From Squalus acanthias (lineage: Eukaryota), in assembly GCA_030390025.1 (NCBI GenBank), contig CM059432.1, positions 24,120,001-24,184,000 of the forward strand: a stretch of DNA of 64,000 nucleotides. Direction: 5' to 3'. The notes beneath the pieces are model-generated. The model saw nothing but the letters and a program-made list of their open reading frames with translations. It searched no databases and was not told where the DNA came from. This document shows positions 34,395 to 45,770 of this stretch, one piece after another (the first letter of the stretch is position 1; each line of letters opens with the position of its first letter). The translations under genes and the position numbers were made by a program.

Positions 34395-36025
34395 ATAGAA
34401 TCTTACAGCACAGAAGGAGGACATTTGACCCACTATGCCTGTGCCGGCTCTTTGAAAGAGCTATCCAATTAGCCCCACTCCCCTGCTCTTTCTACATAGC
34501 CTTGAAAATCGTACCTTTTCAAGTATGTATCCAATTCCATTTTGAAAGTTACTATTGAACCTGCTTCCACCACCCTTTGAGTCAATGCATTCCAGATCAT
34601 CACAACTCGCTACATAAAAAGATTTCTCCTCATCTCCCCTCTGGTTCTTTTGTCAATTATCTTAAATCTGTGTCCTCTGGTTATCGACCCTCCTGCCACT
34701 GGAAACAGTTTTTCCTTATTTACTCTATCAAAACCCTTCATAATTTTGAACACCTCTATTAAATCTTCCTTTAACCTTCTCTGCTCTAAGGAGAACAACC
34801 CCAGCTTCTCCAGTCTTTCCACATAACTGAAGTCCCTCATCCCTGGTACCATTCTAGCAAATCTCCTCACCCTCTCCAAGAACTTGACATTCTTCCTAAA
34901 GCCCAGAATATGATACAATACTCTAGCTGAGGCCTAACTAGTGATTTATAAAGGTTTAGCATAACTTCCTTGCTCTTGTACATTATGGGGGAAAAATTCG
35001 GTTGCTTTGTGCCTCCCGTTAGTGCCCTAAGAGGGCGCTAATGGGGCGCAAAGCAACTAGCGCCCGGGCGCGGCGATGTTTGCGCCACTCGCGAAATTGA
35101 CCAGACATTTTGCAGCAGCGCTAAACACTACCACCACGATCTCCTGCGGCCGCAGATCGTGACGTCAGTCGAGCGTGCAACGCCCCGGTAGTGCCCCGGA
35201 CCGGATATTGAGTGGCGCCCCCTGCCTTACCGCCTGCTGCTAGCAACGACAGGTTGAGGAGAGTGTTTTGCAGTCAGGAAGGGACTGGAGGAGCGCTATT
35301 TAAAGGCGACCGCTTCCTGCCTTTTTTTTGTCGGCGATATTTTGCACCACGCATTCTGAGAGAGAGAGAGAGACTTCTGGAGAGATTCAACGCTGTGTGA
35401 AGGAGTTTTAGGTACTGAACAGCAATTTGCAGGTTCATTTTGATTTGACCGTCCTTGCATCGATTTAGAAGAGACTATGGGGGCTGCACTCCGAGCTCTT
35501 TCCCTGGGCCTCTCCATTGTTCTTTCCAGCAGATTTGATGTCCAGTTCTCTCCAGGCCGAGATTCAAGGCTGCAATGAGCAGGGTGTGGATGGAGAGCAA
35601 GATCGACCCTCCCCTTTAAGAACTGGCCGGCGCCAGTGTGTCTGTGTTCAATTGCTGACTGACATCACATGAGCTTCGCCAGCACTCTGAGGTAGCGCCT
35701 CGCTCCTCGGTGTTAGCGCCTTAAGAGAGGTGTATAGCACCTGATTTAGCGCTCCAATCGCCTCCAGGGGCGATGGAAGCCAAGTTTGCAGTTGGAGGCG
35801 ATAATTAGCACAGGTGCTAAACTTTGCGCCCGGCCGATAATTGCGCCCCAAACGGGGCAATACCGAATTTCTCCCCCAAAGCCTCTATTTATAAAGCCCA
35901 GGATCTCATATTCTTTTTAAGAGCCTTATCAACTTTCCCTGCCACCTTCAAAGATTTGTGTATGTGTATGCCCCAGGTCTCTATTTTTCTGCTTTCTGCA
36001 CTCCCTTTAAAATTGTACCATTTAG
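34395..36025 (-). mobile_element. CR1 LINE 3' part, split by a MITE
   Basis: ORF 34610-34918 ERLEKLGLFSLEQRRL...RGHRFK; resumes after 35877. Confidence 0.85.
34987..35877. mobile_element. Internally deleted derivative of the 25061-31098 Harbinger family (opposite orientation)
   Basis: TIRs GGGGGAAAAATTCGG / CCGAATTTCTCCCCC; both arms align to the ends of the large element; junction near 35490. Confidence 0.9.
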
Positions 36026-36054
36026 TTTTGTTGTGGAGCTTTAAGAAAAAAATA

Positions 36055-36425
36055 ACCATTTTGTATATAGCACCTTATTGTGTCTCTCAGGAAGTCGCAA
36101 AGCACCTCACATACAATGAATTGCAGTCACTTTTATTACATGAGTGAATAAAGCAGCCATTTTGCAGACAGCAATGTCCCACAGTCAGCACTGAGATGAA
36201 CAACATGTTATCCTGTTTTTGGTGGTTTGGCTAAGAAGACGATGTTGGCCAGGACACCAGGAAAACAACCTGCTCTTTTTTTGAGTAGCGCCATGGGATC
36301 TTTAACATCAACCTGAACCATTAAGTAGGCAGACAGGACCTTACTTTAATGTCTCACCCACAACATGGTACTGCACTAAAGTGTGATCCTGGTCCTCAAA
36401 TGTGCTCAAGTCCTGGAGCGGGACT
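36055..36425 (-). mobile_element. Diverged Deu-domain SINE
   Basis: GGCCAGGACACCAG, CCATGGGATCTTT landmarks. Confidence 0.65.
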
Positions 36426-37244
36426 TTATTTTGTATCAATAATGATACAACTGACCTGGAAAGACCTGATAGTGGTTAGAAAATGCTTGTTCTGCAGCAC
36501 TGACATCCCTCACCTCAACGATCAGCAAAATTCACTCTAAAAACTGGAAACTGGCCAGGGGTTTTCAGCCTCCATATGAGAGAAACAAAATGAGAATGTT
36601 CATATCTTTTGCTGATAGTTTAATTTCAATTTATGTTACTTGTAGTGAAGCATTCTCACTCATTTAGATCACCAGGGCTTACATAAAAAAATACTGTCCC
36701 ACTGACACCAGTGCCGTTTCTTTTTTCCCTAAGTAAAAGGGCATAACTCAAGCATGACAGCTAATGGTGGTAACACAATGTCATCAGTGTTATATCCTGT
36801 TTAATCAATGGATATTATCGACATTTTCAAAGTCATTCTGGATGTAGTGTGATCATTCACTGCAGTGAATTCTCGCATTGACAGTAATGAAATTACTGTA
36901 CCGACAAAGCCCGCAGAATGACTGTGAAATATTGCTCCGGTGGCATGGCATTATGAAAGTTCTTTTTGCTCTTGTAAAAGGCACATTATTCATGAGCCCT
37001 GCAGGCGGGAGTGAGTTATCATAGTCCTTCCTATAAGTGAAAGATCATGTGTAAAGCGCAATCAATGGCGTAATATTTTACATATTTCATGGATGGCTCA
37101 TGTTGGGTTTGGAATGCAGTCTTCAAATGCACCTTGTGCGCTAGAATGAGAACTATTAACATCTTCAATTTGTTTATTTTTTGCTTTCACTCCAATTGTT
37201 CTCTTCTAATCTTCCTCTCCTCCAGTACCTCGCTCAAGTGCTTA

Positions 37245-37710
37245 AATGCTTTCCGTATCCTAACTCGCACCAAGTTCCGTTCACCCATCACCCCTGTGCT
37301 CACTGCCCTATTGGTTCTCAGTCTGCCAACGCCTCAATTTTAAAATTCTCATTCTTGTTTTCAAATATCTCCATGGCCTCACTCCTCCCTATCTCTGTAA
37401 CCTCCTCCAGCCCTACAACCCTCCAAGATCTCTACACTACTCAATTCTGGCATCTTGTTCAACCCCGATTTTTATCATTCCACCATTGGCAGGCATACCG
37501 CCAGTTGCCTAGGCCCTAAGCTCTGGAATTCCTTCCCTAAACCTTTCCGCTCTCTACCTCTCGTTCCTTGTGCTCCTTAAAACCTACCTGTTCTATTACC
37601 TCCTTATGTGGCTCAGTGTCAAATTTTGTTTGATAACACTCCTGTGAATCGCCTTGGAAAATTTTACTATATTAAAGGTGCTATATATATATGCAAGTTG
37701 CTGTTGTTGT
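37245..37710 (+). mobile_element. L2 LINE 3' end
   Basis: RSPITPVL...FKILILVFK...KLWNSFP; similar to 24500-24960. Confidence 0.8.
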
Positions 37711-38373
37711 TAATTGTCATATACTGCAGAAAAAGATAATGCACCTTTAAGCTGACTTTTCCATGACATTAACTATATTGAACTGTTACTTAAGATGTCA
37801 TTTCAGATCATCTGCCAATGACGTAACTTACATAAAGCCATTGCATTAACCACAGTAACTGTGCTGGGGAAGCTAATAATATTTAAGCAACATTAACTGT
37901 GCAGAGAGGCTCCGTTATCATCTAGTTTCACTTTAAGTAAATATGCTTGTCATTCTTGTACCTATTTTTGTGAATTTTCCACTGATGAAGCTAAGAGAAA
38001 TTAGTGCTGGGGAATGGAACACTTCCCATTTGAGTACCCAAGGCCGCAATTTTGCCGGCGCTTAGCGGACGGGATGGGATGGGTGGCAGGTCAGTTGTTA
38101 AATTTTAAATGATTGATGGCGGATTGGGAACCCGCTGTCAAATCGCGCACACTGGACTTTCCCGATGTCGGGTCTGCCGGCGCTGAGCAGACCCAACAGG
38201 CAGCAGCGGGGGAGGCAATTAAAATCATTAGTGGCTTGTTTACAGCCACTTATCAATGGTTTTCCCCGAGCTTTTTGGATTTGACAGGTCGCCCAACGGT
38301 TTCCCGCTGTGCCTAGACCTCATCTGTGAAGCTGAGGTGGGCGGTCAGTGGCCATTGAATCAGCTGATGAGTT

Positions 38374-39468
38374 TGAAGGAATATTTACTAGTCCTAGCCC
38401 CTTTAGGGCTACCCCCGGATCAGGTGTATTTCTCAGACGTTCACTTTCAACTAAAGTTTGAGGTAGCCGAATCCTAAAGACGCTTAATTGGGTCTAAAGG
38501 TCCGGGCTATCTCTCCCTAAAGGAAAGGAACAACCCAAGAATATTACCATCCTCCAGATAGCGCTTTTAATTCGTTTAGCTAGACTGTAACATTCCGGAT
38601 ATTATGAGGGTCCGGAAAACTCCCTCAGAATTTTGTAACTCTCCACCAAAGAGTGTACAGAGATTGAGTTCACGAGTTTTTGATACAGAAGTCTTATGTG
38701 AGACAATTCTAAAAATATATAGATTTATTAAAGAACCGACATACAATTTACAGTTGGTGAGTCAATCGCAACATTAACAGTTCCAAAAAGAGAAAACATA
38801 TGATCTTTTTAACAGAGAATCTTACTTTCAAATTTTAACTTCACTACAGTATTATAGTTCTTAAAGTTCTTATACAGGATATCCACCAATATCAAATACC
38901 TTTGATCCCTGAGGTACAAAGAGTTGAAGACTACAGAGCCACCTCTGAAGCCGAGAATCGTTTTGGCCGATTAAAGCGTATCTGTTATCCCATTTGAGAG
39001 TTCAATATTTATACCCTTTTCCAGTGGTATTTCCTTTAAGGTTTTCTGCTGATGCAAGCTAATTATCTCTAGTCATTTTTCTGCCGGTGTTCTCTAGGTG
39101 TTCTAAGTTTACCATATAAAAATGGTGTGACGGCAGGTGTTCCTTACTTTATGTCATCTTTACGAGGGCAGATGTTCCTTATCATATGTGCTTCTTTACC
39201 AAGTGTAAATTAGAACACCTTATCCAGGGTGAACCATTGTTTTGTTCCCAAAAGATCAGCCTATCGGAGCCCTTCACCTTCTGTTTCAATAAGGTTATTT
39301 ATTTAGGGTCAACAACTATCTTATCTCAATAGCCAGAATGCTTTCATAGCTATTTCATAGTTAGGTTTCTAAATTTCCAAACCCAGTTTGTCATGTTTTA
39401 ATAAGGCCAGAATTTGTTCATAAGATAGTGTATTTTTCTGAATAGGTTATATGGCTTATTCCTTCACA
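38374..39468 (-). mobile_element. Solo LTR, 1095 bp
   Basis: TG...CA ends with TGAAGGAATA / TATTCCTTCA inverted repeat; 4-bp TSD AGTT; minus-strand TATAAAT (39013-07) and AATAAA (38729-24). Confidence 0.8.
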
Positions 39469-40006
39469 AGTTGACAGCTTCAAATGTCAACTCAAAGCTC
39501 CCAGCTGATTGAGATATGTTCCTTCAACCACTAGTTTCTCTAAACTGCATTTCCACTACAGATTCAGGATGCTGCAAGTCTTAACACAATTCTCCAACCA
39601 GTCTGACCTCATTACCCCTCCCACCATTGACAGATCGCTTCTGTAATCTCTACTTCTTCTGCCATCTATTCCATCAGCATGGGTGCCCTTGAAACTCTCA
39701 GCTTTGTCCTCAGAATCCCACCACGATCAGCCCCAACACCAGCATCACCAGACACACCAGCAGCACCAACATCAACACCAATCTTCTCCGCAATCACCTG
39801 ATGCTGCACAGGACAGAGGACATCAGCACCCGAGCACAATGCTGCCTGGGAGGCCAGGAATGGCCTCACCATGGCCAGATTTACTTCACTTGATGCTGTA
39901 CACCCTGGCTGCCAATGATGTGTCAGGTTGGCACCACCCCACACCAACAACATAAAGCATCCCTACAATGCCTTTCACACTCGTCAGCATTAATGGAGGT
40001 ACCATT

Positions 40007-40820
40007 ATTTTTTTTATTTTTTTTATTCATTTATGGGATGTGGGCATTGCTGGCAATGCCAGCATTTATTGCCCATCCCTAGTTGCCCTTGAGAAGGTGG
40101 TGGTGAGCCGCCTTCTTGAACTGCTGCAGTCCGTGTGGTGAAGGTACTCCCACAGTGCTGTTAGGTAAGGAGTTCCAGGATTTTGACCCAGTGACGATGA
40201 AGGATTGGCGATATACGCCTAAGTCAGGATGGTGTGTGACTTGGAGGGGAACTTGGAGGTGGTGGTGTTCACATGTGCCTGCTGCCCTTGTCCTTCTAGG
40301 TGGTAGAGGTCGCGGGTTTGGGAGGTGCTGCCGAAGAAGCCTCGACGAGTTGCTACAGTGCATCTTGTAGATGGTACACACTGCAGCCACGGTACGTCGG
40401 TGGTGGAGGGAGTGAATGTTTAAGGTGGTGGATGGGGTGTCAATCAAGCGGGCTGCTTTGTCGTGGATGGTGTCGAGCTTCTTGAGTGTTGTTGGAGCTG
40501 CACTCATCCAGGCAAGTGGAGAGTATTCCATCACACTCCTTACTTGTGCCTTGTAGATGGTGGAAAGACTTTGGGGAGTCAGGAGGTGAGACACTCGCCA
40601 CAGAATACCTAGCCTCTGACCTGCTCTTGTTGCCACAGTATTTATGTATCTGGTCCATTTAAGTTTCTGGTTAATGGTGACCCCCAGGTTGTTGATAGTG
40701 GGGGTTTCGACGATGGTAATGCCATTGAATGTCAAGGGGAGGTGGTTAGACTCTCGCTTGTTGGAGATAGTCATTGCCTGGCACTTCTGTGATGCGAATG
40801 TTACCTGTCACTTATCAGCC
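40007..40820 (-). mobile_element. CR1-Zenon-like LINE 3' fragment with intact frame
   Basis: ORF 40079-40774 open to HHHLLKGN*; A-rich tail near 40007-40026. Confidence 0.9.
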
Positions 40821-41924
40821 CGTTATGTCTCACCATTCACTGCAACTCATTAAGCCACTTCCAAGGCTGCACACAAATCTGTCCAAGAATGCAAAGTGTT
40901 GAAAATAAAGGTTTCAATGTTTGACACTGCATTAACAGACACTTTAAATGAACCTTGGCTAAAACAACCAAGTGCCTACCTTTGTGTGTTGTTAGTTGGT
41001 ATCCTTGCAGTAAGATGAGGGTATGTGTGAGGGGTGGCTAGTGAGATAGGGAATTGATAATGTAGATAGAGAGGGATGGGTGGAGGTGCAAGGTAAGTTG
41101 GTGTGAGTAAGGATGTGCAGGAGTAGAGTAGGGAAGACAGAGTGATGGGGATGTGATGAGTGGCACAGCAGGATGAGGTTGAGTGTGGCTTTGTAGTAAT
41201 GTTTTGTGATCTACTGAGATCATTGAAAGGTTTGCGTCACTGCAGCCTGGTCCTCCTGATGACATCCCTGCTTGTGTCCTCCTGTGGAATGTGTAACCAG
41301 GCTGTGTTGATCTCCTAGGGAGGTCTCTTCCGCCCATTGGAAGGGAAGAGAACCTTCCTGCATGCTATGACTCCCTCCATAAGCATATGGAGGGAGTCAT
41401 GGGGGAGCCTGGGTGCAGCCGTGTTTGTCAGTGTTTGCAGCACCTCAATGTTGTAAAACACTGACAGCACAAATGCCAAACTAAATTTGGACATGGCCCC
41501 CTTAAGGAAACTGGCTTATGGCACGTCATGACGTCATCAGACCTGCTTCCTTCAACTGGTCGGGAAACTCGCTGGGCGGGCTTAACAAGCCCAATCAATG
41601 GAAAGTCATTTTGGAGGCCAGGTTTGAGTCAGCAGCGGGGCCGAGACCTGCCACCGACATCACTCGCCGAGATCAGCAAAATCTCAGCCCACGTGTCAGT
41701 ATCAAGTACTCCCACACTGGGTATAGTATAGTTAAAGCTCATTTCCTCCCTCCCAATAATGTGCTTCAGTCCTAACCAAGGAAAAGCATCCCCACTTTCC
41801 CAATTGACATTTTTTTCCCACAAGCCATCTGTGTTGCAGTTCTGAGTAATATTACCAATGTAGCGATTTCTGCTAAATTAGGGGCCGTCTTGTTCTGTGG
41901 ACATTCTTCAGATTCAGACTGTAG

Positions 41925-42112
41925 GGGCTTGATTTTGCGGGGGTCAGCAAGCATGATCGGTGGCGGGTCAGGTGGGAAACTCACTGGGCAGGATTAACAA
42001 GCCCGATCAACGGAAAGTCATTTCAGAGGCCAGGATGGAGACAGCAGCAGGGCCGAGACCCACCACCGACGTCGCCCAGTACGGACCCGCCGAGGTTCGT
42101 AAAATCGCGGCC
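41925..42112. mobile_element. 188-bp minimal Harbinger MITE
   Basis: GGGCTTGATTTTGCG / CGTAAAATCGCGGCC; TSD TAG/TAG; body matches 41560-41689. Confidence 0.75.
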
Positions 42113-42269
42113 TAGAAATAAGACCACATAAGACCCTCACAGCTAACAGAGAGAAGAGGCTTTTATTCCAAGTCTGGTATAGTTTTTCAATAGTATTCCA
42201 GTTTGTTAGTCAAGAGCTGTGAAGTTTATTGCAGTCCTTACATGCAGTTAGGATGCATAATTGAAGTAA

Positions 42270-42420
42270 AAATTGAGAGGTCGCACAACACCAGGTTATA
42301 GTCCAACAGTTTTATTTGAAATCACAATTTGAAATTTCAAATAAAACTGTTGGACTATAACCTGGTGTTGTGCGACCTCTCAATTTTGTCCACCCCAGTC
42401 CAACACCGGCATCTCCGCAT
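42270..42420 (+). mobile_element. Palindromic micro-insertion of PLE family 1
   Basis: Perfect 54-bp inverted arms (42269-42322 / 42334-42387), 3' tail, and 14-bp TSD CATAATTGAAGTAA (42256-69 / 42421-34). Confidence 0.9.
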
Positions 42421-42679
42421 CATAATTGAAGTAAGACAGAGAGAGTGAAATGGGGAGTAAAACATTGAAGACAAACTATGTGTCTTGAGCTAAAGAGCTA
42501 GGCATCTTGCCGGATTCCATTTAACTGTAACAATCTGGACATGCACACTTTGGCCTATATACCCAACCACAGTAAAAGCTTGCCTCAGCAGCGTTAGTAG
42601 AGTGGAGTGCACAATAACGAGAGAAGACGACAATATTGTTGGAGCGAGAATTGTACAGCTAACTTGAATTTAATTGAGT

Positions 42680-43075
42680 ATAGATGATTGAGGGGTGATC
42701 TGATGGGATGTTTAAAATGTTTAAAAAGGATTTGATAGGGTAGATATAGAGAAACTATTTCCTCTGATGGGGAAATAAAGACTGAGGAGACATCATCTTA
42801 AAACTCGAGCTAGGCCATTTCGGAGGGGAATCAGGAAGCACTTTTTCACACAAAGGCTAGTAGAAATCTAGAATTCTCTCCCCCCAAAGGCTGTGGTTGC
42901 GGGGTCAATTGGAGCTTTCAAGGCTGAGATCAGTAGATTTTTGTTAGGTAATGGTATCGAGGGATTATGGAGCTAAGGCGGGTAAATGGAGTTGAGGTAC
43001 AAATCAACCATGATCTAATGGCGGAGCAGGCTTATGGGGGTCGAATAGCATGCTCCTGTTCCTATATTCCTATGT
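42680..43075 (+). mobile_element. CR1 3' fragment
   Basis: RLRGDLM...KHFFTQRLVEI; CR1 3' UTR. Confidence 0.85.
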
Positions 43076-43259
43076 GATTTATATACATTTCAGGCTGACT
43101 AGCAAAAAGTCTCTTTGGCACAGGAGAGGGCCTTGTGCCCAATGGTGCTACAATGGGGTTGACCAGAGTGCAGAATAATGGATGATGGCCAATGAGCTAC
43201 ATTGAGACTATTGGATATTGGGAAACGGGTTACATAGAGTACGATACTTTTCTGGCAGT

Positions 43260-44360
43260 GAGCTACCTAAGAGCTACAACTTGAATTTATATAATGCCTT
43301 TAAAGCAGAAAGTGTCCAAAAGTGCTTCCCTCAGGAGAAACAGACACCAAACAGTACTGGAAGGGTTAGGAGTGATGACCAAAAAGCATGATCAGAAAGA
43401 TAAGTTTTGATGAACCTTTTAAAGTTGGGGTGAGAATAGCAGTGCAGATTTGTTTAGGGAGGGAGTTGAAGAGACTGAGATGAAGACAGCTGAATGCTTT
43501 GCCATCAATGGTAGAGCAGAGGGCGGGTGATGTCCAGGAGTCCAGAGTTGGAAGACCAAAGGGAAAGGGCTGCTTATAAAGCTGCAGTCGGAAGGGTGAT
43601 CCATGGAAGGATTTGTGAATGAGGATGAGAATTTTGAATTTGATGTGTTGGAGTACAGGGAGCTAATGGATGTCAATGAGGATGCAGCTTCTGGGCAAAT
43701 GGAACTTAGTGAAGAACAGGATGCAGGCAGTGGAGTTTTGGGCAAGTTGCAGTTTGTGAAGTGTGGTGTTTAGGAGACCAGAAATGAGCACATTGGAGAA
43801 GTTGAGACTTCAGGTAACATGTGTGCAGATAAAGATTTCATTAGTGGTAGAAATGAGGTCAGGGTGCAGGTGGGTAATGTTGTAGAGATAGAATATAGAA
43901 TATGGATAGGGTATGGGGAATGGAGCTCAGTTCTGGGTCATGCAGCACAACAAGACTGTGAACTGTCTGGTTTGGTGTGAGTAAACAGCCACATAAGAAT
44001 ATGGGGCTGGTGGAAAGTTTAAAAACTATTTGACTGGAACTGCATACAATGGTTTTGATCCTTTCAATGTTCCATTTGAGAAGGTTCTGGCTCATCTATA
44101 ACTTGATATCTGACAGGTAGTCTGACAACACTGAGGTGTTTATGGAGTCGAAGGAGGTGGTTCTGAAAGAGAGCTGCATGTTGTCAGCATATATATGGAG
44201 ACTGACCCTGTGTCAATGGATAATGTTACCAAAGGACAATATGTAAATGAGGAAAAGGACGGAGACAAGGATGGAACTTTGGGGTACTCTCGAGATGATT
44301 GTGCAAGAATGGGAGACAGAACCATTACTGGAGATGTACTCGCTGAATTGGGACACATAG
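43260..44360 (-). mobile_element. Old L2 LINE RT and 3' region
   Basis: VPQSSILVSVLF, YIYADNMQL, LKWNIERIKTIV on the minus strand. Confidence 0.75.
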
Positions 44361-44604
44361 AAGTGGAACTCGACTAGATAATGGATATTTAGCAGTTATT
44401 TACACGTGTCTTGAAATTCTGCAGCTTGTTAACTCATTTAAATAAGCAGGTTAATTCCTCTGTAAAAATAGCAGACAGCAACATTTATTATGAATATATT
44501 AGAAGCTCATACATTAATATTCATACACCAAGATCTCAAGTCCCCAAAGATATAATGGATACTTATCGCGAGTTACATGGAGGATAATGGACACCAAACA
44601 CTAG

Positions 44605-45758
44605 GGACTAAAAATTCCAGTTCGCTGGAAACCTGCCGAGAGAGCGCAGGCAGCATTGGTATTTTGATGCTGCCTGCTAATTAACATCAGCGGGGCGTTG
44701 ATTTTGTTGTGTAACGCGCTCTTTCCAGCGCTAAGCTAAGCAGGAGGCCGAAGGTTGCGTCTGTCTCCCGCTTGCAGTGAAGGAGAACGGGGAAGAAAGG
44801 AGCGAACCTGTCGGCCATGTACGGAACAGTTGCCGTACTTGCTACAAAAATATTACCTGCCACCTGATGTTTGTTGATATTTTAATAGTTCATGAAATGA
44901 ATGCATTTGCATTCTCTATAACACAAATCGTTCCGCAACTCTTGAAAGTGTTTAAATGTGCAGTAATTGTGCCAGCTTTTAGTGGGTCTTGCATACTCGA
45001 CACAAAATAATTATTTGATAATAATTGGTTATGGAATTTTGAATAAATGAATTATCGCTCCTTAAAATCTTAAGCAGTTGAATCCAGATTTGCTAGGGGG
45101 TGACGTTCTGGTGAGGCTATCATAAAGATAAAAGAGATCTTATCAGAGATGATCATCAAACATTTCAATGGAGTTCTAGCCAATCTGATGCTTCTTTTTT
45201 ATTTGCTGGGAATCCACCGAGGGATTTGTAGTTTTGTGCAGGTGTTCAGTTCTGAACTAAAAGCTTGTTCCACAAGGTTTCACCCATTGATTCACTGACC
45301 CACAAACACTGTAGGCCTCCCGGAAAGCCGCCAGAAAATGCAACCCCCCAAGAACCTTGTCAAAGGTGTTTGAAATTCCGGCAGCCATCTGAGGTGTTTT
45401 CCACTTGTCAGCCTCCATCCTTGTATACAATCTGTCAAGTCCTGCCAGACTCCTCATGGCTGTTAACGCTGCTGAAGTGCTTTTAGCGGCTGCACGCACA
45501 GGTGTGCTTTAGAGAGGGCGGCAATAGGAGCAGCAAAATGGATGAGCGGGCATCAACTTGGCATTGCACGCCGATTGACATCACGCTCCGACACCTTACA
45601 ATACTTTTGGCGAGCGCAGGCAATGGCAGCGCTGCCGACCTGCCGAAAATGGCGGCTGCCGCGGGATCCGCCGGCAGTGGCCGAAAGTGTGGCGGCCGCC
45701 ATTTTTTCTCCCAAATCGGGCGGTAACAGCCGGCGCTAAATCCCCAAATTTTTAGCCC
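44605..45758. mobile_element. Non-autonomous Harbinger-type element
   Basis: GGACTAAAAATT / AATTTTTAGCCC; TSD TAG/TAT; CpG-rich subterminal regions. Confidence 0.65.
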
Positions 45759-45770
45759 TATGTTACTTAG

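Larger units (their letters stand above)
38042..41689. mobile_element. Non-autonomous Harbinger (relative of 17453-18973) containing a solo LTR and a LINE fragment
   Basis: TIRs GGCCGCAATTTT / AAAATCTCAGCC; TSD CAA/CAC; Myb exon 1 relic on the minus strand near 41200-41420. Confidence 0.8.
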
